Below are positions 1 to 9,050 of a stretch of 32,000 nt of DNA, in pieces; position 1 is the first letter of the stretch; every line of letters starts with the position of its first letter. The notes below the pieces were generated by a model. The model searched no databases. It worked only from the letters and a program-made list of their open reading frames with translations, and was not told where the DNA came from. The position numbers and the translations under genes are program-made. The stretch comes from Thermoproteus tenax Kra 1 (GTDB lineage: Archaea > Thermoproteota > Thermoprotei > Thermoproteales > Thermoproteaceae), in NCBI RefSeq assembly GCF_000253055.1, contig NC_016070.1, positions 690,001 through 722,000 of the forward strand, read 5' to 3'.

Positions 1-1124
1 TACTGACTAAGCCAGGCTTGATCGTGAGCTTCGAGAAGATGGCCAATATAGTTGAGGTAAACCCGACCGATTCCTATACAGTGGTCCAGCCCGGGATCAG
101 GATTGAGGAGCTCAACGTCGAATTGGCCAGATACGGTGTCTTCTTCCCGGTGGACCCCGGGTCCGTCAGATCGGCCACAATAGGGGGCGCCATAGCTAAT
201 GGAGCCGGAGGCATGAGGGGGGCTAAATACGGCTCCATGCGGGACTGGGTCCTCGGAGTCAACGTAGTGACAGGTAGGGGCGATCTGCTCAAGCTGGGTT
301 GCCGGACATTAAAGTGTAGAAACGGCTATGACTTAGTGAGGCTGATCGTGGGGAGCGAGGGCACCCTTGGCCTGGTCACGCAGGCCGTTTTGAGGGTCGC
401 CCCTCTGCCTGAGTCGGCGGTGGCCGTGAGAGTGTATTACAACGATATCTCGTCGCTTGTGGAGGACGTCGTGAGGATAAAATCGGCGAGGATTTGGCCT
501 CTGTTCGCCGAGTTTATGGGGCCTGCCGAGTCTGAGGAAGTCGGACTTAATAGAGCGTATACCCTCTTCGTCGGCGTAGACGTGAATAGGGGGGCTGAGG
601 GGGGCATATTGGCTAGGCTGAAGTCTGCTCTCACAGGCCATATAGCGGATGAGGCGATAGGAATCGAGGAAGCCATGAGGCTCTTGGAGCCCAGAAGAAG
701 GCTTTTCAGCGCTCAGGTATCCATCATGAGAAGACAGCTAGGGGATCAAGGCGTCCTCGTGATAGAGGATGTGGTTGTGCCGGTCTCGAAACTGCCAGAG
801 GCCGTTAGGAGGATCGCCGAACTTGCACAAAAGTTAGAGGTGCCTCTATCTATCGGAGGCCATGTAGGTGATGGCAATCTCCATCCGACCACTTGGTTCA
901 AGAGGGGCGATCTAGAGGGGGCAAAGAGAGCCAGGAGATTCATAGAGGGGCTCGGCAAAATTGCCGTCGAGCTCGGAGGAAGCGTCAGCGCAGAACACGG
1001 TATAGGCACTCTGAAGAGGGAGCTTCTGAGGCTTGAGCTGGAGCCCGCCGTCTTGGAGTATATGAGATCGCTGAAGGCGGTGTTCGACCCCAAGGGCATC
1101 CTAAACCCTGGGAAGATAATATAA
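1..1124 (+). CDS. FAD-linked oxidase, GlcD / D-lactate dehydrogenase family (5' end outside the window)
   Basis: The reading frame stays open upstream of the TTG at 18, back to the window edge. The C-terminal FAD-oxidase domain carries the family signatures AEHGIG and FDPKGILNPGK. The stop TAA at 1122-1124 overlaps the next ATG. Confidence 0.85.
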   Translation, partial: LTKPGLIVSFEKMANIVEVNPTDSYTVVQPGIRIEELNVELARYGVFFPVDPGSVRSATIGGAIANGAGGMRGAKYGSMRDWVLGVNVVTGRGDLLKLGCRTLKCRNGYDLVRLIVGSEGTLGLVTQAVLRVAPLPESAVAVRVYYNDISSLVEDVVRIKSARIWPLFAEFMGPAESEEVGLNRAYTLFVGVDVNRGAEGGILARLKSALTGHIADEAIGIEEAMRLLEPRRRLFSAQVSIMRRQLGDQGVLVIEDVVVPVSKLPEAVRRIAELAQKLEVPLSIGGHVGDGNLHPTTWFKRGDLEGAKRARRFIEGLGKIAVELGGSVSAEHGIGTLKRELLRLELEPAVLEYMRSLKAVFDPKGILNPGKII

Positions 1125-2278
1125 TGGAGCGGTGGCAAGACCTCTTCGGGCGGGCCGCCCTCGGCGCTTTGACTAGGTCCGATTCGTATATACAGGGCTT
1201 TGAGTACATCAAGCTATTGGCCGAGAGGGTAAGAGAGGCGAGGCTGGAGGTTCTCCGTAATCTCGAGTACTACATAGACAAAACACTAAAGGCGGTAGAG
1301 AATCTAGGAGGCCACTCCTATGTCGCAAAGGACGCAGAAGAGGCCAGGAGGATCGTCGGAGATATAGTGGGCAAAGGCAAAGTGGTCGTCTTCGGCAAGT
1401 CTAACACGGCGCTTGAGGTCGGACTGAGAGAACATCTGGCGAAGTTAGGCAATGAAGTCTGGGAGACAGATCTAGGGGAGTTCATAGTACAGATAGGGGA
1501 GGACAAACCCTCCAATATGATAGCGCCCGCTCTACACCTAGACAGAAAAGACGTGGCGAGACTGTTTAAAGAGAGACTAAACTTGGATCTACCCGACGAT
1601 CCCTCTGCCTTAGCTTCAGCTGCCGGCGAATTCCTCAGACAGAAGTTCGTAAGGGCCGACGTAGGCGTGACCGGCGCCAACGCGATAGCGGCCGACACAG
1701 GCGCTGTAGTCAACGTAGAAAACGAGGGCAATATACGCAAGGCCACCATCCTACCCCCCGTCCACATAGTGGTGGCCGGCGTGGAGAAGATAGTCCCAAC
1801 TCTTCCGGACGCTATAAACCAGGCGATAGTCCAAGCGGCATATCACGGGCTTTATCCGCCGACGTATATAGAGATCTCGGCTGGTCCGTCGTCTACAGGC
1901 GATATAGAGTTGGTGCGCGTTAGACCGGCCCAAGGGCCAAGGGAGTTCCACCTGGTCCTCGTAGACAACGGGAGGAGGAAAGCCGCCGAGGATCCGGTCC
2001 TCCGCCAAGCCCTTCTCTGTATAAGGTGCGTGAGGTGCGGCTTCGTCTGTCCTATCTACAAAACCGTGGGGAGAGAATTCGGCGAGCCGCCCTATGTGGG
2101 CCCCGTGGGCGTCATGTGGCTGGCGGTCACTAAGGGCATTGAGGCGGCAGGTCCGGCGGCCCTCATGTGCGCCCATGCCGGGAACTGCAAGGAGGTGTGC
2201 CCCATGAAGATTGATATACCTGAAGTAATAAGATACATTAGGACGAACTATCTAAGGCGCATTCGTTCAACCTCTTGA
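1124..2278 (+). CDS. LUD-domain / LutB-like iron-sulfur protein (lactate utilisation type)
   Basis: 384 aa with two ferredoxin-type Cys clusters, CIRCVRCGFVCP and CAHAGNCKEVCP, following a LUD-like domain. A TAATG overlap couples it to the upstream FAD oxidase. Confidence 0.8.
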   Translation: MERWQDLFGRAALGALTRSDSYIQGFEYIKLLAERVREARLEVLRNLEYYIDKTLKAVENLGGHSYVAKDAEEARRIVGDIVGKGKVVVFGKSNTALEVGLREHLAKLGNEVWETDLGEFIVQIGEDKPSNMIAPALHLDRKDVARLFKERLNLDLPDDPSALASAAGEFLRQKFVRADVGVTGANAIAADTGAVVNVENEGNIRKATILPPVHIVVAGVEKIVPTLPDAINQAIVQAAYHGLYPPTYIEISAGPSSTGDIELVRVRPAQGPREFHLVLVDNGRRKAAEDPVLRQALLCIRCVRCGFVCPIYKTVGREFGEPPYVGPVGVMWLAVTKGIEAAGPAALMCAHAGNCKEVCPMKIDIPEVIRYIRTNYLRRIRSTS

Positions 2279-3131
2279 TCAGATACGGTGTGAAGTAGAG
2301 GATCCCAGTGAGCATCTGCACGCCGTCAGCCAACTTCATCACGTCTCTCACTTGTCTACAGCTCATGACTCCGCCCACGGCCATTATGGGCACGTCTCGT
2401 CCCGCGTACTCTCTCGCCTTATTCAACATCTTGAGGAGGATAGGGTAGAGCCAGAGCCCGCTCACGCCGCCTCGCCCCACTCCTATCCTTTCGTCTGACA
2501 CAGGCAATGTATTTGTGAGAACGAGGCCGTAGCCTCTCCTCTTGGCCATCTCTGCGTAAAACCTTAGGTCAGATGTGGGACCCACTTTGATAAACAAAGG
2601 CTTTTTCGACGAAATTAGAGGCGAGACTCTGTCCCATATTCCCTTGTAGGTGGGGCTTGACAAGTTAACCTCAATTGCGCTTATGTGGTTGCCGTATTTC
2701 TCCACATACAATATCTGCGCCAACAGCTCCTCTGGAGAGAAACCCGCTATACTTAATATAATTGGATATTCTACCTTCTTCAATCTAGCTAACACCGTGG
2801 GTATCCCGGGGCTAGGTAGCCCCATTGCGTTGACGAGGGAGAGGGGCCGTAGCCTCGCAGTGAGAGGCGGCTTGTTACCGCGCCTATGCCTAGCCGTAGT
2901 AGAGCCGACTACAATAAAGCCAGGGCAGAACGCAGAGAGGGCGCGCGTGTAAAGACCCTCCTTGTCGAAACCCGCCGCGACTCCAAGCGGGCCATGCGTC
3001 CTTATCTCTCCTATTCTCCACGCAGTCTTAGGCCTGCAACTCGGCAGAGGCGCCATGAAGAGCGGCTTGGCTATACGCCTGGTTATCTCTGGCGGTATTC
3101 CCTCTATAATGCGCGAAAGCAACACAAACAT
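2238..3131 (-). CDS. pyrD: Dihydroorotate dehydrogenase with class-2-like signatures
   Basis: Motifs GVAAGFDKEG, NAMGLPSPG and EVNLSSPTYKG (Ser where class 1 enzymes have the catalytic Cys), plus a C-terminal GGV...G TIM-barrel end. Confidence 0.9.
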   Translation of the reverse strand: MFVLLSRIIEGIPPEITRRIAKPLFMAPLPSCRPKTAWRIGEIRTHGPLGVAAGFDKEGLYTRALSAFCPGFIVVGSTTARHRRGNKPPLTARLRPLSLVNAMGLPSPGIPTVLARLKKVEYPIILSIAGFSPEELLAQILYVEKYGNHISAIEVNLSSPTYKGIWDRVSPLISSKKPLFIKVGPTSDLRFYAEMAKRRGYGLVLTNTLPVSDERIGVGRGGVSGLWLYPILLKMLNKAREYAGRDVPIMAVGGVMSCRQVRDVMKLADGVQMLTGILYFTPYLIKRLNECALDSSS

Positions 3132-3228
3132 TCCTATGAAGGAGGACAGAATCCGTCTAAAGGCTTTATCGGGGCCTGGCCCAATTTATCGATTCTCAGT
3201 AACAACTTTCCTACAGAAATATTATTAA

Positions 3229-3810
3229 TCAACATTTAAATGACATTGTATAATTATATATTTGTTTATATTTATCTTCTCCTATTAAATCTTTTATTTC
3301 TTGTAAAATGTCTAGTATTTTATAGACTGGTCTAACCGGCACGCCGGTCTCTTTTTCCACACGTTTGGCTCCACACTGTTCTCTATCGAGGAACACTACG
3401 ACGGACTCCACGCGCGCTCCTACCTCCTTAAGTTTGTTGATGGCTTGTATCACCGATTGGCCGGTCGTTATTACGTCGTCTATCAACACGGCGCGCGCCC
3501 CCTCCCAGACGGCCCCCTCTATATCCCGCTTGGTGCCATACCATTTGGCCCTCTCTCTTACATAGGCTATAGGTTTATACATGCTGAAGCCCAAGATTGA
3601 AGCATAGGGTATGCCGCCGGTAGCTACGCCGACTAAGAGGTCGAAGTTTATGTCTCTCAGTATATTTGTATACTTAGCAATCACCCATCTGAGAAGGTCT
3701 GGATAGCTCAAGACCAACCTCATATCTACATAATAGGGGCTCCTCTCCCCACTCGATAGTTGAAAGTCACCGAATTTTATCACTTCACGCCTTACAAATT
3801 CATCTAACAT
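3229..3810 (-). CDS. pyrE: Orotate phosphoribosyltransferase
   Basis: 193 aa with the PRPP-binding loop VLIDDVITTGQS and typical PyrE length and layout. Confidence 0.9.
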   Translation of the reverse strand: MLDEFVRREVIKFGDFQLSSGERSPYYVDMRLVLSYPDLLRWVIAKYTNILRDINFDLLVGVATGGIPYASILGFSMYKPIAYVRERAKWYGTKRDIEGAVWEGARAVLIDDVITTGQSVIQAINKLKEVGARVESVVVFLDREQCGAKRVEKETGVPVRPVYKILDILQEIKDLIGEDKYKQIYNYTMSFKC

Positions 3811-3843
3811 GCTCTGAAAGTATTTCAGTATTTTTTAACTGCT

Positions 3844-4299
3844 TCAGACTAGCTCTTCAAGCGTGTGATAGCGGCCGCAGTACTCGCAAGCGAAAGTGAG
3901 CGGCTCGCTTTTGATCAACACAAACGAGGTGGCTATGGGCTCTCTGGGGAGGTTCGTGACACAGTTGGGATTTCTACATCTAAATCTGCCCTTTATCACC
4001 TGAGGCGGTTTGACCTTGTGTTTTGCAACAACCTCGTAGTTTCTGATTATGTTTATAGTGGCGGAGGGGGCCACCGCCGATATTATATCCACCTCATCTG
4101 GCGTCAATTCCCTTCCCTCTATCTTTACTATGTCCTTACGGCCCAGCTTCTTGGATTCTACATTCATGACGAGCGCCACTCTGGTGCCCTCCTTGCCTGA
4201 GATCCCCAATAGTCGGAGGACTGCTAACGCTCTGCCGGCGGGGATGTGGTCGATTACAGTCCCCTCCTTTATCTTACTGACTATGAGCTCCTTGTTCAT
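3844..4299 (-). CDS. pyrI: Aspartate carbamoyltransferase regulatory chain
   Basis: [29 protein letters not shown] plus a Zn domain, CRNPNC...CEYCG. I prefer the ATG at 4299, which forms an ATGA overlap with the pyrF stop, over the TTG at 4311 used in the ORF track. Confidence 0.9.
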   Translation of the reverse strand: MNKELIVSKIKEGTVIDHIPAGRALAVLRLLGISGKEGTRVALVMNVESKKLGRKDIVKIEGRELTPDEVDIISAVAPSATINIIRNYEVVAKHKVKPPQVIKGRFRCRNPNCVTNLPREPIATSFVLIKSEPLTFACEYCGRYHTLEELV

Positions 4300-4895
4300 A
4301 TGGAGTTCCAACAGGTCGGCTTAAGCTTATCCCACTGCGATATCCTGGAGGGCTCCTCGATTAGGTAGCGGCCGACTATCTCAAAATCGGCGCCGGCCCT
4401 TATGGCGTCTCCTGGCTTGCCGCCTTGAGCGCCTATGCCCGGCGATATTATTCTGGCGCTACACCCTAAGACCTTTCTTACCTCGGCCACTGTAGAGGGG
4501 GCGTTGCCTGGCGCCACGGCGCCTCTGAACTTTCCAGCCGTGGGCACAAGCTGTCTCCAGAGATCGTCATAGAGCGTGGGCGTCGTCATTCTCACGAGGA
4601 GGTATATACGCTGATCTGGCTCTAGGCTTGGCGCTATGAGCCCGTGAGCTATGGCGCAACAAGCCCCAGCCTCAACGACCTTATTAACAACTCTGTTTAC
4701 TACATAGGGTATATCTGCCAACTTTAAGTCGACTATCACTTGGCCCAACTTGGAGATCCTCCTTATAGGATCGAGGCCTGCCTCTAAAACTAAGTCCCAT
4801 CCGATCTTAAAGCCAGCTACCTCCTCTCTGAGCTGCTCGGCGATAGACAAAGCCCTTTTAAGATCAGTATCCAACGCGACGATGACTGGACGCAT
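4296..4895 (-). CDS. pyrF: Orotidine-5'-phosphate decarboxylase
   Basis: 199 aa with VALD...DLKLADIP and the C-terminal phosphate-binding region (PGIGAQGG). Confidence 0.85.
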   Translation of the reverse strand: MRPVIVALDTDLKRALSIAEQLREEVAGFKIGWDLVLEAGLDPIRRISKLGQVIVDLKLADIPYVVNRVVNKVVEAGACCAIAHGLIAPSLEPDQRIYLLVRMTTPTLYDDLWRQLVPTAGKFRGAVAPGNAPSTVAEVRKVLGCSARIISPGIGAQGGKPGDAIRAGADFEIVGRYLIEEPSRISQWDKLKPTCWNSI

Positions 4896-5099
4896 TATGT
4901 TAATTTTTCTATCGACTATTATCTTTTCTCAGAGGTGGCGCAGATCTGGATCCCGGCGCGTATGGAGACGGTCGGCTGCCCACAGTTAGCGATCTCCGCT
5001 TGTAGCCGTCCCGGCGGCCGATAGCCGGCCTCCGTGGAGGGGGATCGCTGAGGTGCAAGAGGCGTGGAGATACATAAATTCTGATAGAAGTTGTAGCTT
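4896..5099. promoter_or_regulatory. Divergent pyrF / pyrB control region
   Basis: A 204-bp spacer with AT-rich TATA-like boxes at both edges: ...gatacataaattctgatag about 22 nt before the pyrB GTG, and the reverse complement of ttaatttttctatcgactattatctttt next to the pyrF ATG. A GC-rich core lies between them. Confidence 0.4.
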
Positions 5100-6014
5100 G
5101 TGTCTTGGAGGGGACGGGATGTCGTCTCGATAAGAGATTTCACTAGGAGAGATCTCGAAGAATTGTTTGATAAGACGAGGCAGATGGAGGCGCACGCCAG
5201 AGGTAGACTGGACTTGTTGAAGGGAAAGATATTGGCCGTGGCCTTTTTTGAGCCGTCAACTAGGACGCGCTTGAGCTTTGAGACAGCTATGAAGAGGTTG
5301 GGAGGGGACGTCATTGGCTTTTCGAGCGCCGAAGGGACAAGCGTGGAAAAGGGGGAGACGTTGGCCGACACAATAAGGATGCTCGACTCATATGCCGACG
5401 CCATAGTTATAAGACATAGGGCAGAGGGGGCGGCCAAGTTCGCGGCCGAGGTAGCTGAGGCGCCTGTAATAAACGCTGGAGATGGTGCTTTCAATCATCC
5501 AACTCAAGCTATGTTGGACCTATATACTATATGGCGAATTAAGGGGAGGGTGGACGGGCTGAGGGTGGGCATAATGGGAGACCTCAAATATGCAAGAACC
5601 GTGAACTCTCTCCTCGAGGGCCTAGCTCTGTTCGACGTCGATGTGTATCTGATATCGCCCGAGTTCCTAAGGCCTCGGCAAGAGACGCTGGATTATATAG
5701 AGTCGCGCGGCCTGAAGTACAAGCTGCTCGCCAAAGTTGAGGAGATCTTGCCCGATCTAGACGTCTTATATGTGGTAAGGATCCAGAAAGAGAGGTTCCT
5801 CGACCCCCTCGAGTACGAGAGAGTTAAGGGTAGTTATAAAGTGACAGCACATATGTTGAAGGGCGCCAAAGAGGATCTGATCGTCCTCCACCCGTTGCCG
5901 AGAGTGGACGAGTTAGATCCCTCTGTTGATAAGACAAGGCATGCCGCATATTTCAAACAGGCGGCATACGGCGTGCCCCTCAGAATGGCCCTCCTTAGCC
6001 TTATCTTGAGCTAG
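5100..6014 (+). CDS. pyrB: Aspartate carbamoyltransferase catalytic chain
   Basis: Motifs [13 protein letters not shown] and HPLPRVDEL. It has a GTG start and 304 aa. Confidence 0.92.
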   Translation: MSWRGRDVVSIRDFTRRDLEELFDKTRQMEAHARGRLDLLKGKILAVAFFEPSTRTRLSFETAMKRLGGDVIGFSSAEGTSVEKGETLADTIRMLDSYADAIVIRHRAEGAAKFAAEVAEAPVINAGDGAFNHPTQAMLDLYTIWRIKGRVDGLRVGIMGDLKYARTVNSLLEGLALFDVDVYLISPEFLRPRQETLDYIESRGLKYKLLAKVEEILPDLDVLYVVRIQKERFLDPLEYERVKGSYKVTAHMLKGAKEDLIVLHPLPRVDELDPSVDKTRHAAYFKQAAYGVPLRMALLSLILS

Positions 6015-6373
6015 GAGCTACGCGCCTTGTTTCTGAACACTTCCTTATAGAGGTATCCTCCCAATTGTTTGCCCCTCTTGGTCAGATAATAGTAGATGCC
6101 GGAACCCTTCCGTTCTGGATTCCTCTGTTTGACTTTTAACCAAGGCTTTATCGACGAAGTTACCTTGCCCTTGAGCGAGCCCTTGTACCTCTCGATGAGG
6201 CCGAGCTCCTCTAGATGTGCACAAGCCCTCTCTACATCTTCGACAGGGACCACAGGCCGCCAACCCGCCGAGCCTAAAAGCCTATGCGCGATTAAACTGG
6301 GCGTATCAGGGCCGAAGGCGTAGAGGTGCGCCAATATTTTCTTCTCTAAGTCGCTCAGCTCCATATAGGGCAT
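6011..6373 (-). CDS. Small winged-helix DNA-binding protein (uncharacterised archaeal family)
   Basis: 120 aa. The N-terminus, [27 protein letters not shown]...[10 protein letters not shown], is wHTH-like and the C-terminus is basic. A TATA-like AT tract lies upstream (6380-6420). Confidence 0.6.
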   Translation of the reverse strand: MPYMELSDLEKKILAHLYAFGPDTPSLIAHRLLGSAGWRPVVPVEDVERACAHLEELGLIERYKGSLKGKVTSSIKPWLKVKQRNPERKGSGIYYYLTKRGKQLGGYLYKEVFRNKARSS

Positions 6374-6427
6374 CCTGTAGTTCTAAAAATAGTTTATTAT
6401 ATAAAGTCCTAAACATCTACGCCGTCT

Positions 6428-7441
6428 ATGAGAGTTGCCGTGGTTGGAGGAGGTATAGCGGGCGTCTTCACGTCGTACTTCCTCAAGAAGGCCGGAGTTG
6501 AGGTACTGGGCTTTGGAGGCAACTTGGAGTACCCCCTTGCGTCGCTCGTGTTAACTATGTCTATGCCGGATCCGAGAGATATCGAGATGGCCAAAGAGAG
6601 CTTAGAAGTTTATAAGTCGATAGATGCGGTAGAGCCCGTTACGTCGGTTGACATATTGCCCGAGGGCGTAGACCTCAGCCCACTTAGGCGCGCCGGCGTT
6701 AAATACACTATAGTCGATCGATACGAGGGCTTGAGGCTGGAGCGGGGCGAGGTAGGCGTCATAACCACTGACTACATGATCCCCATACGTAGAATTGTAA
6801 AAAGGCTTAGGAGGGAGCTGGGGTTCCTCGACGCCGAGGCAAAGCTCGCTGTAGACGGAGGGACGGTCTATATAAAGGCCCGCGGCAAGGAGATAAAGGC
6901 CGACGCCGTCGTTTTGGCCGCCGGCGCAAGCAACGCCGACATTGCACGCGACATTGGCCTAAGGCTGCCGTTTAAGCCGTACTCATGCTATGCGGCGTTG
7001 TTCCTAGTGCCTCCGCGAATTAGAGGGCTGAGCATCGGCGACTATGTGCTAGGATGGTATGGGAGACCCGGGCTAGGGCCTTTCTATATAGCGGGAGATG
7101 GATGCGGCAGAGCCTACAGTGGCCCGCCGAAGGGATACGCCAGAAAAATAGGTAGACTTATATCGAGAAGGGCGGGTTGGGCGGTACCCATATTCGCAAA
7201 GTCTGGCGTCTGCGAGGGCTCGCCGACAGGCGGCCCTCTGATGGGCAGAGTGCCGTATTTCGATAACCTCTACGTAATAGGAGGACTAGACGGATACGGA
7301 AGCATGGTCGGACCTGCCTTGGCTAAGCGGCTTGCCTCGGCGATAGTCAAGGGAAGCACCGATGAAGTTATTGAGGAATACGATGGCTATTTTGACCCTT
7401 GCGTCGAGCGCCACGACTGGGGGGTCTTCTTCAGCCGATAA
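6428..7441 (+). CDS. FAD-dependent oxidoreductase (DAO / glycine-oxidase-like family)
   Basis: N-terminal Rossmann dinucleotide motif VAVVGGGIAGVFTSYFLKKAG, 337 aa, and a C-terminal GGLDGYG motif typical of DAO-family enzymes. Confidence 0.8.
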   Translation: MRVAVVGGGIAGVFTSYFLKKAGVEVLGFGGNLEYPLASLVLTMSMPDPRDIEMAKESLEVYKSIDAVEPVTSVDILPEGVDLSPLRRAGVKYTIVDRYEGLRLERGEVGVITTDYMIPIRRIVKRLRRELGFLDAEAKLAVDGGTVYIKARGKEIKADAVVLAAGASNADIARDIGLRLPFKPYSCYAALFLVPPRIRGLSIGDYVLGWYGRPGLGPFYIAGDGCGRAYSGPPKGYARKIGRLISRRAGWAVPIFAKSGVCEGSPTGGPLMGRVPYFDNLYVIGGLDGYGSMVGPALAKRLASAIVKGSTDEVIEEYDGYFDPCVERHDWGVFFSR

Positions 7442-7700
7442 TGATAGTCGCGTTGTTCAACGTTCCGTTGAGGCTCTTGAGGAGGCCGGTACAGCTATAT
7501 ATGCCCGATGTATTTATCACCAGAGGACATGATTGAGACGGCGAAATAGAGATCGAGCCGCCTGGATATGAGATATAGACCGCGACCGAGGAGGACGTCT
7601 GGGGAGCTTTAGATGCGAGCACGAATGTCGCAAGACCTATTATTAGCCCTAACAAGAACATGGAGGCGGCTAGTATCACGACGGAGAGCGCCTCGTCCAT
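7431..7700 (-). CDS. Small single-pass membrane or secreted protein, Ser/Thr/Asn-rich
   Basis: 89 aa with an N-terminal hydrophobic helix (VVILAASMFLLGLIIGLATFVLA), three N-x-S/T sequons (NTS, NGT, NAT) and two Cys. An AT-rich TATA-like tract lies upstream at 7715-7730. Confidence 0.5.
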   Translation of the reverse strand: MDEALSVVILAASMFLLGLIIGLATFVLASKAPQTSSSVAVYISYPGGSISISPSQSCPLVINTSGIYSCTGLLKSLNGTLNNATIIIG

Positions 7701-7774
7701 GGCACAACAAACTATTAATTTTAAATAAAGGTTTCAAGCGGTGAGGAGAAACCGGACAGGCGAGAAATGAGCGG

Positions 7775-8614
7775 CTAACGACGCTCCGATAGCGATATCA
7801 AGTAGAGGAGCTTCCTGCCCACTCTAAAGCCTCCTGCTATTGGTTCAAGGAGGTCCCACTTGAGTAAATACGAGAGTTGCCAGGGCCTCACGCCGAGGTC
7901 TACAACGCTTCTGTAGGCTACGTGGCCCAACTCGACTAGCTCGTTAAACACGCTCTCTCTGAGCCCTAGAACTTCGGCGATTTTGTCAAGGACAAGTCCG
8001 TAGTCCACCGGCTCCCACGTCCCCTCCTCCTGTAGCCTAACGATGAGCGGCGCGAACTGTCTGCCTGCGCCGTCTACATCACCCCTGGCTAGACCTACTA
8101 TCCGTCTCCTAAGGTAAAACGGCACCTTCTCTGTGACGAAAATTTCGCCGGGCAGATCGAGAGGCCTCACAGCGATCAGCTGTAGCTTAGCCCCGATCTG
8201 CATAGCCATCTGGGAGACTTTGGCGATGCCTCTGTCATCCCACCGTACGTCGACAGCGAGCGATCTAACCCCTCTGCTTAGGACAGCGAGCGAGGCCAAC
8301 ACCGCTGTAGGATATGCGTTGATGCATCGACCGGCGCGCCCTACGTAGGGCAGAAGGAAGGCTATATAGGAGCTCTTCAGCGGAAGTTGGGCTAAGAGGA
8401 GCCGTGGATCCATCTCGTCCAAGCCCAAGATCTTCTGATCTATAAGGTGGGGCAGGATCCTCTCTCCGTAAATATCGTGCACTACTTCGTCGAAAAACTC
8501 CATGGCTGGTCTGTCCAACTTGAGAGGCGGCGGCTGCCCCCGGCAGAGGGGCGAGACGACGACCTCAACGTCCTCGACTAGGCGGATCTCAGACCCTCTG
8601 TCTATCACGATCAT
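7775..8614 (-). CDS. Hypothetical protein (no family recognised)
   Basis: A 279-aa ORF with coding-like composition, an ATG start, and a TATA-like box about 25 nt upstream on its own strand. Confidence 0.6.
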   Translation of the reverse strand: MIVIDRGSEIRLVEDVEVVVSPLCRGQPPPLKLDRPAMEFFDEVVHDIYGERILPHLIDQKILGLDEMDPRLLLAQLPLKSSYIAFLLPYVGRAGRCINAYPTAVLASLAVLSRGVRSLAVDVRWDDRGIAKVSQMAMQIGAKLQLIAVRPLDLPGEIFVTEKVPFYLRRRIVGLARGDVDGAGRQFAPLIVRLQEEGTWEPVDYGLVLDKIAEVLGLRESVFNELVELGHVAYRSVVDLGVRPWQLSYLLKWDLLEPIAGGFRVGRKLLYLISLSERR

Positions 8615-8643
8615 ATTTTTAGCTACCTCTGCCTCTTAAAATC
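8613..8643. promoter_or_regulatory. Back-to-back TATA boxes for two divergent, probably leaderless genes
   Basis: Only 30 nt separate the two ATGs (8614 minus, 8645 plus). atattttta (8613-8621) lies about 28 nt upstream of the plus ATG. The reverse complement of ctcttaaaat (8634-8643) lies about 25 nt upstream of the minus ATG. Confidence 0.45.
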
Positions 8644-8644
8644 C

Positions 8645-8998
8645 ATGAGTTTATCAGGCGTGCGTTTTGACTACATTCACGCCGAGAGGATAGCTGTTCC
8701 CCCTCCTAACTCTCCGCTACAAATCAACCTGAACTTCCAGGTAGAGGGCGAGAGAGCCATAAGGAGGGGAGGGACGCTTGAGGTGCCCTTCACGTTAATC
8801 TTGACCACTAGCCCGAGCACTGTGGCGTTGACTATACGCGGCGCCGCCATAATACAAGGCGATATAGATGTGAAGAATCTGCCGCCGCAGATAGCTACTC
8901 CCGTGATGCAACATGCCGTGTTTGAGGCGTCGCTCATATTAAGGGAGCTAGGGATGCCGCCGTTGATCTCAATACAGCCTCAGCAGAACCTCAAATAG
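8645..8998 (+). CDS. Hypothetical protein, possibly a SecB-like chaperone fold (speculative)
   Basis: 117 aa. By eye its layout parallels E. coli SecB: [17 protein letters not shown] / [28 protein letters not shown] / [27 protein letters not shown]. No search was done. Confidence 0.55.
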   Translation: [117 protein letters not shown]

Positions 8999-9050
8999 AC
9001 TAAAAAATCTATATATAGTAATCCTTATTTATAACTAGATATATTCTATT

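Noticed and set aside
4919-5494. Long antisense ORFs opposite well-supported genes. Examples are 4919-5494 opposite pyrB, 16583-17236 opposite SBDS, 17492-18004 opposite rrp4, 18058-18531 opposite rrp41, 27032-27565 opposite the AKR, 29905-30423 opposite dtdA and 746-1138 opposite the FAD oxidase.
   Set aside because: Each lies fully within a gene whose product has clear family motifs. Their translations are low-complexity Ser/Pro/Leu/Arg-rich, with no recognisable domains.
7431-7700. Type IV pilin / archaellin-like class III signal peptide at the N-terminus (MDEALS-VVILAASMFLL...).
   Set aside because: The residues before the hydrophobic stretch are acidic (D-E) rather than the basic K/R-G/A context expected for PibD/FlaK cleavage. 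I therefore keep it as a generic membrane-anchored small protein.
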